Below are positions 46,269-58,476 of a DNA stretch of 64,000 nucleotides, piece after piece (positions within the stretch are counted from its first letter, which is position 1; the number at the start of each line of letters is the position of its first letter). Position numbers and translations under genes: made by a program. The notes under the pieces are model-generated. The model did not search any database and was not told where the DNA came from. It worked only from the letters and a program-made list of their open reading frames with translations. The stretch comes from an uncultured Bacteroidales bacterium (GTDB lineage Bacteria; Bacteroidota; Bacteroidia; Bacteroidales; VadinHA17). The DNA lies in contig CAWJAW010000006.1 in the NCBI GenBank assembly GCA_963840965.1, positions 342,356 to 406,355 of the forward strand, read 5' to 3'.

Positions 46269-46305
46269 TAGGCCAAATTTGGAGAAAACCAAAAAGAATA
46301 CACTA

Positions 46306-47052
46306 ATGAACTTACTTGAAGGAAAAACAGCTCTTATAACCGGTGCATCAAGGGGAATAGGCAAAACCATTGCGATGAAGTTCGCCCTTGAAGGAGCATC
46401 GATAGCAATTACGAACGTTGCTGAAGATGAGGAATTCCTCAATACTATAGAGGAATTAAAGGCACATAAGGTAAATGTCAAAGGCTATGTTTCCAATGCA
46501 GCTGACTTTGCTGATTCCAATCGAGTGATCGAGGAGATTATCAGGGATTTCGGCAGAATAGACATTCTGGTCAATAATGCCGGGATAACCAGGGACAATC
46601 TTCTTATGAGAATGACCGAAGAACAGTGGGATCTGGTGATCGGCGTCAATCTGAAGTCGGTATTTAATTTGACAAAGGCTGTCCTTCAGACAATGGTAAA
46701 GCAGAAAAACGGTTCCATAATAAACATGAGTTCGGTTGTAGGAGTTTCAGGCAATGCAGGTCAGAGCAACTATTCAGCATCGAAGGCTGGGATGATTGGT
46801 TTTACGAAAAGTATTGCCAAGGAGGTTGGCTCCAGAAATATAAGGTGCAACGCAATAGCCCCGGGATTCATCATAACGGAAATGACGGAAAAACTGCCTC
46901 CCGACGTTAAAACCGAATGGATTAGCAAGATCCCGCTTCGTAGGGGAGGAACACCCGAGGATGTGGCAAACACCGCTGTTTTTCTGGCTTCCGACCTGTC
47001 ATCATATGTATCCGGACAAACAATTCATGTCTGCGGGGGAATGTTAACATAA
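46306..47052 (+). CDS. fabG: 3-oxoacyl-ACP reductase FabG
   Basis: GKTALITGASRGIG, NNAGI, YSASKAG. I prefer the ATG at 46306 over the TTG at 46279. Confidence 0.9.
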   Translation: MNLLEGKTALITGASRGIGKTIAMKFALEGASIAITNVAEDEEFLNTIEELKAHKVNVKGYVSNAADFADSNRVIEEIIRDFGRIDILVNNAGITRDNLLMRMTEEQWDLVIGVNLKSVFNLTKAVLQTMVKQKNGSIINMSSVVGVSGNAGQSNYSASKAGMIGFTKSIAKEVGSRNIRCNAIAPGFIITEMTEKLPPDVKTEWISKIPLRRGGTPEDVANTAVFLASDLSSYVSGQTIHVCGGMLT

Positions 47053-47081
47053 GAAATATGCTATTTTTTAAATATTATTAT

Positions 47082-47089
47082 TATATTTG
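47082..47089 (+). promoter_or_regulatory. -7 box TATATTTG preceding a structured leader or small RNA
   Basis: Exact TAnnTTTG match, 8 nt before a 10-bp long-range stem that ends in a U-run. Confidence 0.4.
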
Positions 47090-47202
47090 TAGAACCGCAG
47101 GGCGCCTATCCTTATAGCACGAGGAAATGCAGCGAGACATATTTATTCCACACTTATTTTAAACAGGCGTCCTGCTTCTTTTTTTTAATGGCATGGTCCT
47201 GA

Positions 47203-48429
47203 ATGCTTAATTATATTTTCTTTCTGTTCATTCTGATTCCTGTTGCTGGATATCTGCTTGAAAGATATCTGGAACATCTCAATGTCAGGATGTGGTCTGA
47301 TAAGCTCCCCGAAAAGCTTAAAGGGATCTGTGATGAAAAGGAGTACCGTAGAACACAACTCTATTACAGGGAAAATCTAAAACTTTCGTTCTGGTCCTCG
47401 ACCTTAAACCTGGCGGTAATAATTGTAATGCTGGCGGCCGGAGGCTTTGCTCTTATCGACAACATAGCCAGATCGATGAGCGGAAACAATATCATCATTG
47501 CTTTAATTTTTTTCGGAATCATCGGAATTTCATCAGAACTGATAAACCTGCCATTCTCATGGTTCGACACCTTCGTAATTGAAAAGAAGTTCGGATTCAA
47601 CACGATGACAAAGCGCACCTTCATCACCGACCAACTCAAATCATGGTTTATTGCATTGATGGTTGGCGTTCCCGTCCTGGCTATAGTGACCTGGATATAC
47701 TACAAGACTGAAAAAGGATTCTGGATCTATGCCTGGCTGCTTATTACCGCATTCACTGTGTTTGTCAATTTCTTCTATTCGGAATGGATTGTACCGCTCT
47801 TCAACAGGCAGACACCCCTTATTGACAGCCCGCTCAGAACCATGATCGAGGCATTTGCAGAAAAAGCAGGCTTCAGGCTTAAGAATATTTATGTTATAGA
47901 CGGATCAAAGAGAAGCACCAAAGCCAACGCATATTTTTCGGGATTCGGATCAAAAAAGAGAATTGTTCTTTATGATACTCTGATCAGGGAAATGAGCGAT
48001 GAAGAAATAGTTGCTGTTCTTGCACATGAAATCGGGCACTACAAAAAGAAACATGTCGTCCGAAACATCATTTCATCGGTGCTTCTGACCGGTCTTATGC
48101 TGTTCCTTTTTTCCAGAATAGTTGGGAATCCGGTGCTTTCAACAGCTCTGGGAGCCGAAATTCCGGGCTTTCACATCGGGCTGATTGCCTTCGGAATACT
48201 TTACAGTCCTCTGTCGCTGATTATTGGTCTTCTTTCAAACTACATCTCACGGCGAAATGAATTCGAGGCAGACAGATTTGTCAGGGACAATTATGAATCA
48301 AAGAAACTGGCTTCTGCACTTAAACTACTATCTGTCAAAAATTTATCAAACATGATGCCTCATCCGGCATATGTATTCTTCCATTATTCTCATCCGCCTC
48401 TTCTGGCAAGGCTCGAAAAATTGGAATAA
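47203..48429 (+). CDS. M48-family (Ste24/HtpX-like) membrane zinc metallopeptidase
   Basis: HEIGHYKKKH zinc motif and multiple TM helices. 408 aa. Confidence 0.85.
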   Translation: MLNYIFFLFILIPVAGYLLERYLEHLNVRMWSDKLPEKLKGICDEKEYRRTQLYYRENLKLSFWSSTLNLAVIIVMLAAGGFALIDNIARSMSGNNIIIALIFFGIIGISSELINLPFSWFDTFVIEKKFGFNTMTKRTFITDQLKSWFIALMVGVPVLAIVTWIYYKTEKGFWIYAWLLITAFTVFVNFFYSEWIVPLFNRQTPLIDSPLRTMIEAFAEKAGFRLKNIYVIDGSKRSTKANAYFSGFGSKKRIVLYDTLIREMSDEEIVAVLAHEIGHYKKKHVVRNIISSVLLTGLMLFLFSRIVGNPVLSTALGAEIPGFHIGLIAFGILYSPLSLIIGLLSNYISRRNEFEADRFVRDNYESKKLASALKLLSVKNLSNMMPHPAYVFFHYSHPPLLARLEKLE

Positions 48430-48433
48430 TTTT

Positions 48434-48441
48434 TATATTTG
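48434..48441 (+). promoter_or_regulatory. -7 box TATATTTG upstream of tRNA-Thr
   Basis: Exact TAnnTTTG match, 12 nt before the tRNA 5' end. Confidence 0.55.
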
Positions 48442-48452
48442 CATCCTGATTG

Positions 48453-48525
48453 GCCACCTTAGCTCAGTTGGTAGAGCAGCTCATTCGTAATGAGCAGGTC
48501 CGGGGTTCGAGTCCCCGAGGTGGCT
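48453..48525 (+). tRNA. tRNA-Thr (anticodon CGT)
   Basis: Folded by hand. Acceptor GCCACCT/AGGTGGC, D-arm GCTC-AGTTGGTA-GAGC, anticodon arm GCTCA-TTCGTAA-TGAGC, T-arm CGGGG-TTCGAGT-CCCCG. Confidence 0.95.
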
Positions 48526-48569
48526 CACCTGGGTTCCGATACCGCTGGCCGGATACGGAAATGTTCATT

Positions 48570-48643
<74 letters not shown>

Positions 48644-48667
48644 AAATGTCCTACACAGGTATAAATA

Positions 48668-48709
48668 TTTTCAGGTAGAGACAAGGCATGCCTTGTCTCT
48701 ACCTGAAAA
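48668..48709. terminator. Perfect 42-bp palindrome (likely bidirectional terminator) after the tRNA pair
   Basis: TTTTCAGGTAGAGACAAGGCA|TGCCTTGTCTCTACCTGAAAA, flanked by T/A runs. Confidence 0.8.
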
Positions 48710-48717
48710 AAATTACA

Positions 48718-49959
48718 ATGAAAGCCGAAATATTAACCATTGGAGACGAACTGCTGATAGGCCAGACAATAGACACCAATTCAGCGTGGATCGGCTCAGA
48801 ACTGAGCATGGCAGGATTTGATGTCATGAAGAGAACTTCTATCCATGATATCAGGAGCGACATTCTGAAAGCTCTTGAAGAAGCTGAAGGGAAAAGCGAT
48901 GTGGTAATTATAACCGGCGGACTCGGGCCTACCAGCGATGACATCACCAAACCTGCCCTTTGTGATTTTTTCGTTACAAAGCTTGTGATGAATCCTGAAG
49001 TACTTGCCATGATAACTGAAATGATGAACAGGAGAAGTTTCCCCATGAACCTAAATAACAGGAGACAGGCGGAGGTTCCCGAATCATGCAGGGTTCTTAC
49101 CAACGCCGCGGGAACGGCTCCGGGCATGTGGTTCGAAAGAGGCGGCACCATTTTCGTTTCGCTCCCGGGAGTCCCGTCAGAGATGAAATACCTGATGAAC
49201 ACTCATGTCCTTCCGGAGCTTAAGCAACGCTTTAGATCACAGGCAATTGTTCATAGAAATATAATGACTTACGGAGCACCCGAAGCGCTGCTTGCCGAGA
49301 AACTTGAAGGCTTTGAGGCCGCATTGCCTGCCGGTATAAAACTGGCCTATCTTCCCTCATCTGGTATTATCAAGCTCCGGCTTACGGGAACCGGGCCGGA
49401 TGCGGGTTCAGTGGCTGAACTCATTGAAGAGCGGGTCCGCTTCCTTTACTCGACAATACCCGACCTGATTTATGGAGAGGAGGGGGAGACCCTTGAAATG
49501 GCTGTAGGCAGGCTGCTCAGGAAAAGAGGGAAGACCATGGGTACTGCAGAAAGCTGTACCGGAGGCAATATTGCCAGACTCATAACAAGCGTGCCAGGCA
49601 GCTCTGATTATTTCATTGGTTCGGTTGTTTCGTATGCCAACTCTGTCAAGACAAATCTCCTGGGCGTGGATGACAAACTCATTGATAACTTCGGTGCAGT
49701 GAGCGAACCTGTTGTAATAGCTATGGCTGAAGGAGCCAGAACATTGCTTTCCGTCGATTATGCCATAGCCACATCGGGAATTGCAGGTCCTGACGGAGGA
49801 ACCGAATCCAAACCCGTCGGAACACTGTGGACGGCTGTCTCATCCGGTTCAGGAACGAAAGCCGAGATGCATACCTTCGGATCCGACAGGCTTACCAACA
49901 TTAACAGGTTCTCAAATGTTGCGCTCAATCTGCTGAGAAAGCAGATACTCAAGGACTAA
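48718..49959 (+). CDS. cinA: CinA-family protein (MoCF-like domain plus nicotinamide-nucleotide amidase)
   Basis: MKAEILTIGDELLIGQTIDTNSAWI, and the C-terminal TAESCTGG motif. I chose the ATG at 48718 because the ORF-track start lies inside the palindrome. Confidence 0.9.
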   Translation: MKAEILTIGDELLIGQTIDTNSAWIGSELSMAGFDVMKRTSIHDIRSDILKALEEAEGKSDVVIITGGLGPTSDDITKPALCDFFVTKLVMNPEVLAMITEMMNRRSFPMNLNNRRQAEVPESCRVLTNAAGTAPGMWFERGGTIFVSLPGVPSEMKYLMNTHVLPELKQRFRSQAIVHRNIMTYGAPEALLAEKLEGFEAALPAGIKLAYLPSSGIIKLRLTGTGPDAGSVAELIEERVRFLYSTIPDLIYGEEGETLEMAVGRLLRKRGKTMGTAESCTGGNIARLITSVPGSSDYFIGSVVSYANSVKTNLLGVDDKLIDNFGAVSEPVVIAMAEGARTLLSVDYAIATSGIAGPDGGTESKPVGTLWTAVSSGSGTKAEMHTFGSDRLTNINRFSNVALNLLRKQILKD

Positions 49960-50079
49960 AGCGATTTTTTACGCATTGTTGAAAAAAATTGCAGCAATAA
50001 TTTGGTTAATAAGATTAAAATCACGTATTTTGCGCTTCATTTTTCAAAAAGACACAAGTAAAGAATAAATAGGGAATCA

Positions 50080-50322
50080 ATGGCAAAGGTTTGTCAGGTC
50101 ACAGGAAAGAAGGCGGTAGTTGGGAACAATGTATCGCATTCAAAGAGAAGGACAAAGAGAAAGTTTTACCCCAATCTTTTTGTGAAGAAGTATTATTTGC
50201 CGGAGGAGGAAAGGTGGATTACTCTCAAAGTGTCTGCTGCCGGAATCCGCACTATAAACAAGAAAGGCCTGACGGCTGTTCTTAAGGAAGCAAAGGAAAA
50301 AGGTCACATTGTGAATTACTAA
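50080..50322 (+). CDS. rpmB: 50S ribosomal protein L28
   Basis: [33 protein letters not shown]. Confidence 0.95.
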   Translation: MAKVCQVTGKKAVVGNNVSHSKRRTKRKFYPNLFVKKYYLPEEERWITLKVSAAGIRTINKKGLTAVLKEAKEKGHIVNY

Positions 50323-50336
50323 AATAAGATCAGGAA

Positions 50337-50525
50337 ATGGCAAAGAAGGCTAAGGGGAACAGGCAGCAGGTCATCCTGGAATGCACTGAGCAAAAGGAAA
50401 GTGGTGTGCCGGGTATGTCGCGCTACATAACAACAAAAAACAGGAAGAATACACCTGACCGTCTTGAAAGAAGGAAATACAACCCCATCCTCAAGAAAGT
50501 CACTGTTCACAGAGAAATCAAGTAA
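50337..50525 (+). CDS. rpmG: 50S ribosomal protein L33
   Basis: [18 protein letters not shown]...[22 protein letters not shown]. Confidence 0.95.
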   Translation: MAKKAKGNRQQVILECTEQKESGVPGMSRYITTKNRKNTPDRLERRKYNPILKKVTVHREIK

Positions 50526-50537
50526 AAGCATAATACC

Positions 50538-50693
50538 ATGGCAAAGAAAGTTGTAGCAACACTTAAAACCGGTACCGGCAAGTCTTTTACCAAATGCATT
50601 AAAATGACCAGGTCGGAAAAAACCGGATCATACCAGTTTAAGGAAGAGGTGGTTCATAATGATCATATCAAGGACTTTTTCACGAAGAAATAG
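50538..50693 (+). CDS. DUF4295-family small protein (51 aa)
   Basis: It falls below the ORF-track length cutoff. I translated MAKKVVATLKTGTGKSFTKCIKMTRSEKTGSYQFKEEVVHNDHIKDFFTKK. The position after rpmG is conserved in Bacteroidota. Confidence 0.8.
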   Translation: MAKKVVATLKTGTGKSFTKCIKMTRSEKTGSYQFKEEVVHNDHIKDFFTKK

Positions 50694-50719
50694 TACCATT
50701 CTTTTCAATCAGATATCAG

Positions 50720-50755
50720 AAGCTTTCTTCGTGCCTGAAGAAAGCTTTTTTTTTA
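50720..50755 (+). terminator. Intrinsic terminator after the rpmB-rpmG-DUF4295 operon
   Basis: AAGCTTTCTTC-GTGCCT-GAAGAAAGCTT followed by T8. Confidence 0.85.
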
Positions 50756-50761
50756 TATTTG
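50754..50761 (+). promoter_or_regulatory. -7 box TATATTTG upstream of ftsY
   Basis: Exact TAnnTTTG match, 22 nt upstream of the ATG at 50783. Confidence 0.5.
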
Positions 50762-50782
50762 CCATTCAATAATAATTTCTTC

Positions 50783-51748
50783 ATGGGCTGGTTTGGTAAG
50801 GGAAGCAAGGAGAACAAGGAGGTCCTGAACAAAGGCCTTGAAAAAACAAAGGAGAATGTCTTCACAAGATTGTCAAGGGCAGTTGTCGGCAAGTCAAAGG
50901 TTGACGATGAGGTACTTGACAACCTTGAGGAAGCTCTCGTTTCATCAGATGTCGGTGTTGCAACCACTCTCAGGATAATTGAGCGTATTGAAGCAAGGGC
51001 AGCAAGGGATAAATACCTTAACACTTCAGAGCTGAACAGGATACTCAGGGAAGAAGTCGCTACCCTCCTTGAAAGCAGTAAGACAGGTCCGGTCATTGAT
51101 TTCACTTCACCACTTCCCGGATCCCCTTACATTATAATGGTTGTGGGGGTAAACGGCTCCGGAAAGACCACCACTATCGCTAAACTGGCTTACCAGTACA
51201 AGATGGCCGGAAAAAAGGTTCTGCTCGGAGCTGCCGATACCTTCAGGGCTGCAGCAATCGACCAACTTCAGATTTGGGCCGACAGGGCAGGGGTTCAGAT
51301 TGTCAGGCAGAACATGGGATCCGACCCGGCTTCAGTTGCTTTTGATTCAGTGAAATCGGGTGTTGCAGGAAATTTTGATGTGGTCATTATTGATACTGCC
51401 GGAAGGCTCCACAACAAGATAAACCTTATGTCAGAGCTTTCGAAGATCAAACGGGTAATGGAAAAGGTTGTGTCCGAAGCTCCCCATGAGGTACTTCTTG
51501 TACTTGACGGATCGACAGGCCAGAATGCTTTTGAACAGGCAAAGCAGTTTACCGCTGCCACAAGCGTTACAGCTCTGGCTATAACAAAACTCGACGGCAC
51601 TGCAAAAGGCGGAGTTGTGATCGGGATTTCCGACCAGTTCGGGATACCCGTGAAATATATAGGTTTAGGAGAAAAGCTAACCGATCTTCAGGTATTCAAC
51701 CCCCAGGAATTCGTTGATTCACTTTTCTCACAGGAAACAGACATTTAA
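50783..51748 (+). CDS. ftsY: Signal recognition particle receptor FtsY
   Basis: GVNGSGKTTTIAKLA, DTAGRLH, TKLDGTAKGG. I prefer the ATG (MGWFGKG) over the TTG at 50759. Confidence 0.95.
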   Translation: MGWFGKGSKENKEVLNKGLEKTKENVFTRLSRAVVGKSKVDDEVLDNLEEALVSSDVGVATTLRIIERIEARAARDKYLNTSELNRILREEVATLLESSKTGPVIDFTSPLPGSPYIIMVVGVNGSGKTTTIAKLAYQYKMAGKKVLLGAADTFRAAAIDQLQIWADRAGVQIVRQNMGSDPASVAFDSVKSGVAGNFDVVIIDTAGRLHNKINLMSELSKIKRVMEKVVSEAPHEVLLVLDGSTGQNAFEQAKQFTAATSVTALAITKLDGTAKGGVVIGISDQFGIPVKYIGLGEKLTDLQVFNPQEFVDSLFSQETDI

Positions 51749-51765
51749 CATCTATACTTCCCGAA

Positions 51766-53085
51766 TTGCAAAAAGGCACTGTCGATAAGCTTGTGAATAT
51801 AGTAACACTGGGTTGTTCAAAGAACACGGTTGACTCGGAGAAACTGCTCAGGCAGATCAGCGCAGGAGGATATACAGTTGCATCCGATTCATCGTCCGAG
51901 ACTGCCGATACGGTAATAATAAACACCTGTGGTTTCATCAACGATGCAAAGGAGGAAAGCATCGACACCATCCTTCGCTATGTAAAGGCTAGTCGTGAAG
52001 GCCGTGTAAGGAAACTGTATGTCATGGGCTGTCTTTCGGAACGATACAGAGATGCCCTTCAGCAGGAGATCCCTGAAGTGGATAAATACTTCGGAGTCAA
52101 CAATATGGAAGATATTCTGCAGGAACTGGGCACTGGCACCCGCAGTGAACTCCTTCCCGAAAGGGTGCTCACGGGTCCCGCCCATTACGCTTACCTGAAA
52201 GTTTCTGAAGGCTGCGACAGAAAGTGTTCTTTTTGTGCCATACCAATAATCAGGGGAAAGTATATATCCCGTCCGATTAATGAGATTATAAGGGAAGCAG
52301 AAATACTTGCGGACAAGGGTGTAAGGGAATTGATACTCATAGCGCAGGACCTCGGTTACTACGGACTCGACATTTACGGAAAGAGGGAGCTGCCCCGGCT
52401 TGTCTCACAGCTCCTTTCCATTGAGTCTCTGGAATGGATCAGGCTTCATTACCTTTATCCGGCAGGCTTTCCATCGGGGATCATCGATCTGATGAAGGAC
52501 AATCCAAAGATCTGCAGTTATATAGATATCCCCATACAGCATATATCCGACAGGATGCTCAGGATAATGAAACGTTCGCACACAGGGAAGGCAACCCGCG
52601 ATCTCCTTCACAGGATAAGGCGTGAACTTCCCGGCGCAGCCGTCAGGACAACTCTCATAGCAGGTCATCCAGGTGAGACCGAAAAAGATTATAATGAGCT
52701 CAGGGAGTTCATTTCCGGTTACAGGTTCGACCGGCTGGGCGTTTTTGCCTACAGCCATGAAGAGGGAACATATTCCGGAGAAAAGTATGCTGATGATGTT
52801 CCTGGAAAAGTAAAGGAATCAAGGGTATCCGAACTTATGGCTATCCAGCAGTCGATTTCCGCGGAACTCAACAGTCGTAAAACCGGCCATGTCTTAAAAG
52901 TCGTGATCGACAGGAGGGAAGGGGACTATTTTATTGGAAGAACCGAACACGATAGTCCTGAGGTTGACAATGAAGTCCTGATAAGCACAAAAGACGAACT
53001 CATACCTGGCAGTTTCCACGACATCCTGATAACCGGATCGGCAGAATTCGATCTTTTCGGAACACCGTCAAAAAATCCTTATTGA
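51766..53085 (+). CDS. rimO: Ribosomal protein S12 methylthiotransferase RimO
   Basis: VNIVTLGCSKNTVDSE, the radical SAM motif CDRKCSFC, and a C-terminal TRAM-like region. The start is non-ATG (TTG at 51766 or GTG at 51793) and uncertain. Confidence 0.9.
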   Translation: MQKGTVDKLVNIVTLGCSKNTVDSEKLLRQISAGGYTVASDSSSETADTVIINTCGFINDAKEESIDTILRYVKASREGRVRKLYVMGCLSERYRDALQQEIPEVDKYFGVNNMEDILQELGTGTRSELLPERVLTGPAHYAYLKVSEGCDRKCSFCAIPIIRGKYISRPINEIIREAEILADKGVRELILIAQDLGYYGLDIYGKRELPRLVSQLLSIESLEWIRLHYLYPAGFPSGIIDLMKDNPKICSYIDIPIQHISDRMLRIMKRSHTGKATRDLLHRIRRELPGAAVRTTLIAGHPGETEKDYNELREFISGYRFDRLGVFAYSHEEGTYSGEKYADDVPGKVKESRVSELMAIQQSISAELNSRKTGHVLKVVIDRREGDYFIGRTEHDSPEVDNEVLISTKDELIPGSFHDILITGSAEFDLFGTPSKNPY

Positions 53086-53091
53086 AAGGAC

Positions 53092-55629
53092 TTATTCTGT
53101 TGGCGGCAGTTCAGGCTCCTTCTTCTTCTGTATCTTTATCTTTATCTCCGATTTGGCGGAGTTGAATCCGACATGAATTGTATCACCTTCCTTGAGTTCA
53201 GCTTTTATAAGGACTTCCGCCATGGGGTCCTCCAGATATTTCTGAATCGCCCGCTTCAGTGGTCTGGCTCCATAATTGGCGTCAAATCCTCTTTCAGCAA
53301 TGTGATCACGGGCTGCTGTTGCAATCTTAAGCTGGTAGCCAAGAGAGTTCACCCTGTCGTACAATCCCTTTAATTCAAGATCGATGATCTTGTTAATCTC
53401 CTCTTTCCCAAGTGAGTTAAACATTATTACGTCATCGATCCTGTTAAGAAATTCGGGGGCAAAGGTCTTCTGCAGGGCTTTTTGAAGTATGCTTTTTGCC
53501 TGCTCATCACGTGTGGCTTTCTTTGCACTGGTATCAAAACCGATACCATGACCGAACTCAGCCAGCTGCCGGGTTCCGATATTTGACGTCAGAATCACAA
53601 TAGTATTCCGGAAATCAACTCTTCGTCCGAGGCTGTCGGTAAGCTGTCCTTCATCTAGTACCTGCAGCAGTATGTGAAAGACATCGGGGTGAGCCTTTTC
53701 AATCTCATCCAGAAGTACCACAGAATAAGGTTTTCTTCTTACCTTTTCAGTAAGTTGCCCGCCTTCCTCATAACCCACGTATCCGGGAGGTGCTCCGACG
53801 AGCCTCGACACTGAAAATTTTTCCATGTACTCGCTCATATCGACCCTGATGAGATTATCGGTGGTGTCGAAAAGGAATTTAGCCAGCACTTTGGCGAGCT
53901 GGGTCTTACCCACGCCTGTGGGACCAAGGAAGATGAAAGTGCCGATAGGCTTGTTGGGATCTTTCAATCCGGCCCTGTTACGCTGAATCGATTTCACCAC
54001 CTTGGCGATCGCTTCATTCTGACCTATAACACTTCCGCTCAGTTCATCAGCCATCTTGAGCAGGCGGGTTCCTTCAGTCTGTGCAATGCGCTGCACCGGA
54101 ACCCCTGTCATCATGGCAACAACTTCTGCAACCTTTTCAGCATCGACAGTCTCCCGGTTAACCGCAAGTTCCTTTTCCCACTTTTTCTTTTCCTGGTCAA
54201 TCAAGTCAAGCAGGTCCTTCTCTTTGTCGCGGAAGCTGGCAGCCTTTTCGAAATTCTGATTTTTCACTGCCATCATCTTCTCCTTCTTTGTATCCTCGAG
54301 CTGTTTTTCGAGCGAAAGGATCTTTTCCGGTACGACAATATTGGAGATATGAACCCGAGATCCTGATTCATCGAGGGCATCGATAGCTTTGTCAGGAAGG
54401 TGCCGGTCGGAAATATATCTGTTGGTAAGTTTCACACAGGCATCAATAGCTTCATCGGTGTACATGACATTATGATGTTCTTCATACCTTTCCTTGATGT
54501 TATGAAGAATATGGATGGTCTCTTCAATTGAAGTCGGTTCAACCATTACCTTCTGAAATCTTCTTTCAAGGGCTCCGTCCTTTTCAATATGCTGACGATA
54601 TTCATCGAGTGTTGTCGCACCGATGCACTGAATTTCGCCTCGTGCCAGGGCCGGCTTCAGCATATTCGCTGCATCGAGCGACCCTGTTGCACCTCCGGCT
54701 CCGACTATTGTGTGGATCTCGTCGATAAAGAGGATTATATTGTCATTCTTGGACAGTTCATTCAGGATGGCTTTCATTCTTTCCTCGAACTGTCCACGGT
54801 ATTTGGTTCCTGCCACAATTGAAGCCAGGTCGAGTGCAACTACTCTTTTATTAAACAGTACTCTCGAGACATTCTTTTTTATTATCCTTAGTGCCAGTCC
54901 TTCTGCAATCGCTGATTTTCCAACACCCGGCTCACCGATAAGTACAGGGTTGTTCTTTTTTCTCCTTGAAAGAATCTGTGCCAGACGCTCTATTTCCCTC
55001 TCACGACCGACCACCGGGTCAAGTCGTCCTTCCTCTGCTGCTTTTGTCAGGTCAATTCCGAAATTATCGAGTACAGGAGTGTCGGATGATGGTTTGGATG
55101 ACGAGGAGGATGACTGGCCTCTTCCGGTACCGCCGCCGCCAAATGACTGTCCCTCATCGTCCTCTTCCCTCGGGAAATCGGCTTTAGCGCTCGGCAGACC
55201 GGCTTCCACAGCTCTTCTGACTGCCTGGTAATCGACATCCAGTTCAGTAAGGAACCTTGTCACCAACGCATTTTCATCCTTTAGAATTGCGAGCAGGAGA
55301 TGTTCTGAGTCGATTACCGGACTCTTGAGTGACTTTGCTTCAAGGTAAACCAATTTTAGAATCCTTTCGGTGCTTCGAAGCAGGGGAATTATTTCATGGT
55401 CGGCCACCGCAATCGGGCTTTCTATTTTTATACTTTTTTCAAGTGAGCCCTTCAGTACCAACAGGTCTATTCCCTGGTTCAAAAGTATCTCAACTGCCAC
55501 ACCCTCTCCATCCCTCAGGATGCCAAGGAATAAATGCTCCGGGCTTATATGACTGTTGCCCAGCCTTATGGCCTCTTCCTTGCTGTATCCCAGGATATCC
55601 TTAACCCTTTGTGAAAACTGTGAATCCAT
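53092..55629 (-). CDS. clpC: ATP-dependent Clp protease ATP-binding subunit, ClpC-type
   Basis: Two Clp_N repeats and two AAA+ modules (GEPGVGKSA, GPTGVGKTQ). It has a short UVR-like linker (NQNFEKAASFRDKEK) and an IGF loop (GHGIGF). Confidence 0.9.
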   Translation of the reverse strand: MDSQFSQRVKDILGYSKEEAIRLGNSHISPEHLFLGILRDGEGVAVEILLNQGIDLLVLKGSLEKSIKIESPIAVADHEIIPLLRSTERILKLVYLEAKSLKSPVIDSEHLLLAILKDENALVTRFLTELDVDYQAVRRAVEAGLPSAKADFPREEDDEGQSFGGGGTGRGQSSSSSSKPSSDTPVLDNFGIDLTKAAEEGRLDPVVGREREIERLAQILSRRKKNNPVLIGEPGVGKSAIAEGLALRIIKKNVSRVLFNKRVVALDLASIVAGTKYRGQFEERMKAILNELSKNDNIILFIDEIHTIVGAGGATGSLDAANMLKPALARGEIQCIGATTLDEYRQHIEKDGALERRFQKVMVEPTSIEETIHILHNIKERYEEHHNVMYTDEAIDACVKLTNRYISDRHLPDKAIDALDESGSRVHISNIVVPEKILSLEKQLEDTKKEKMMAVKNQNFEKAASFRDKEKDLLDLIDQEKKKWEKELAVNRETVDAEKVAEVVAMMTGVPVQRIAQTEGTRLLKMADELSGSVIGQNEAIAKVVKSIQRNRAGLKDPNKPIGTFIFLGPTGVGKTQLAKVLAKFLFDTTDNLIRVDMSEYMEKFSVSRLVGAPPGYVGYEEGGQLTEKVRRKPYSVVLLDEIEKAHPDVFHILLQVLDEGQLTDSLGRRVDFRNTIVILTSNIGTRQLAEFGHGIGFDTSAKKATRDEQAKSILQKALQKTFAPEFLNRIDDVIMFNSLGKEEINKIIDLELKGLYDRVNSLGYQLKIATAARDHIAERGFDANYGARPLKRAIQKYLEDPMAEVLIKAELKEGDTIHVGFNSAKSEIKIKIQKKKEPELPPTE

Positions 55630-55888
55630 AATTATTAACTGAATATTTTTTGGACAATCATGTTGTAAGCCATTATGTCAGCCAAACTGCGACAAAATTA
55701 CTGATTCCATGAAAACCAAAGTTAAATTTAATAGAATATATGAATGGCAATTTTCATGCCCATTTATAAACAATTAATGTTAAAAAGTCACTGCCCATAG
55801 TGGTCTGCAGCAACCAAATTTTCACTATTTTCGTAATCAAATATGTTCCCCGGAGGAACGGTCGTATCTTTTTAATTTATAAATTATT

Positions 55889-58414
<2,526 letters not shown>

Positions 58415-58476
58415 TAAGTAATGTTTTAAATTTGAAAAGTTTTTTAAGGACAATTAATTAAACAAATGCGATAATT

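Noticed and set aside
45339-46303. A series of antisense ORFs (45339-45875, 45584-45826, 45918-46247, 46067-46303) opposite sucD.
   Set aside because: They are shadow ORFs of a strongly supported gene. Similar antisense ORFs opposite clpC (54710-55231), gyrA, the sulfatases and the propeller genes were rejected for the same reason.
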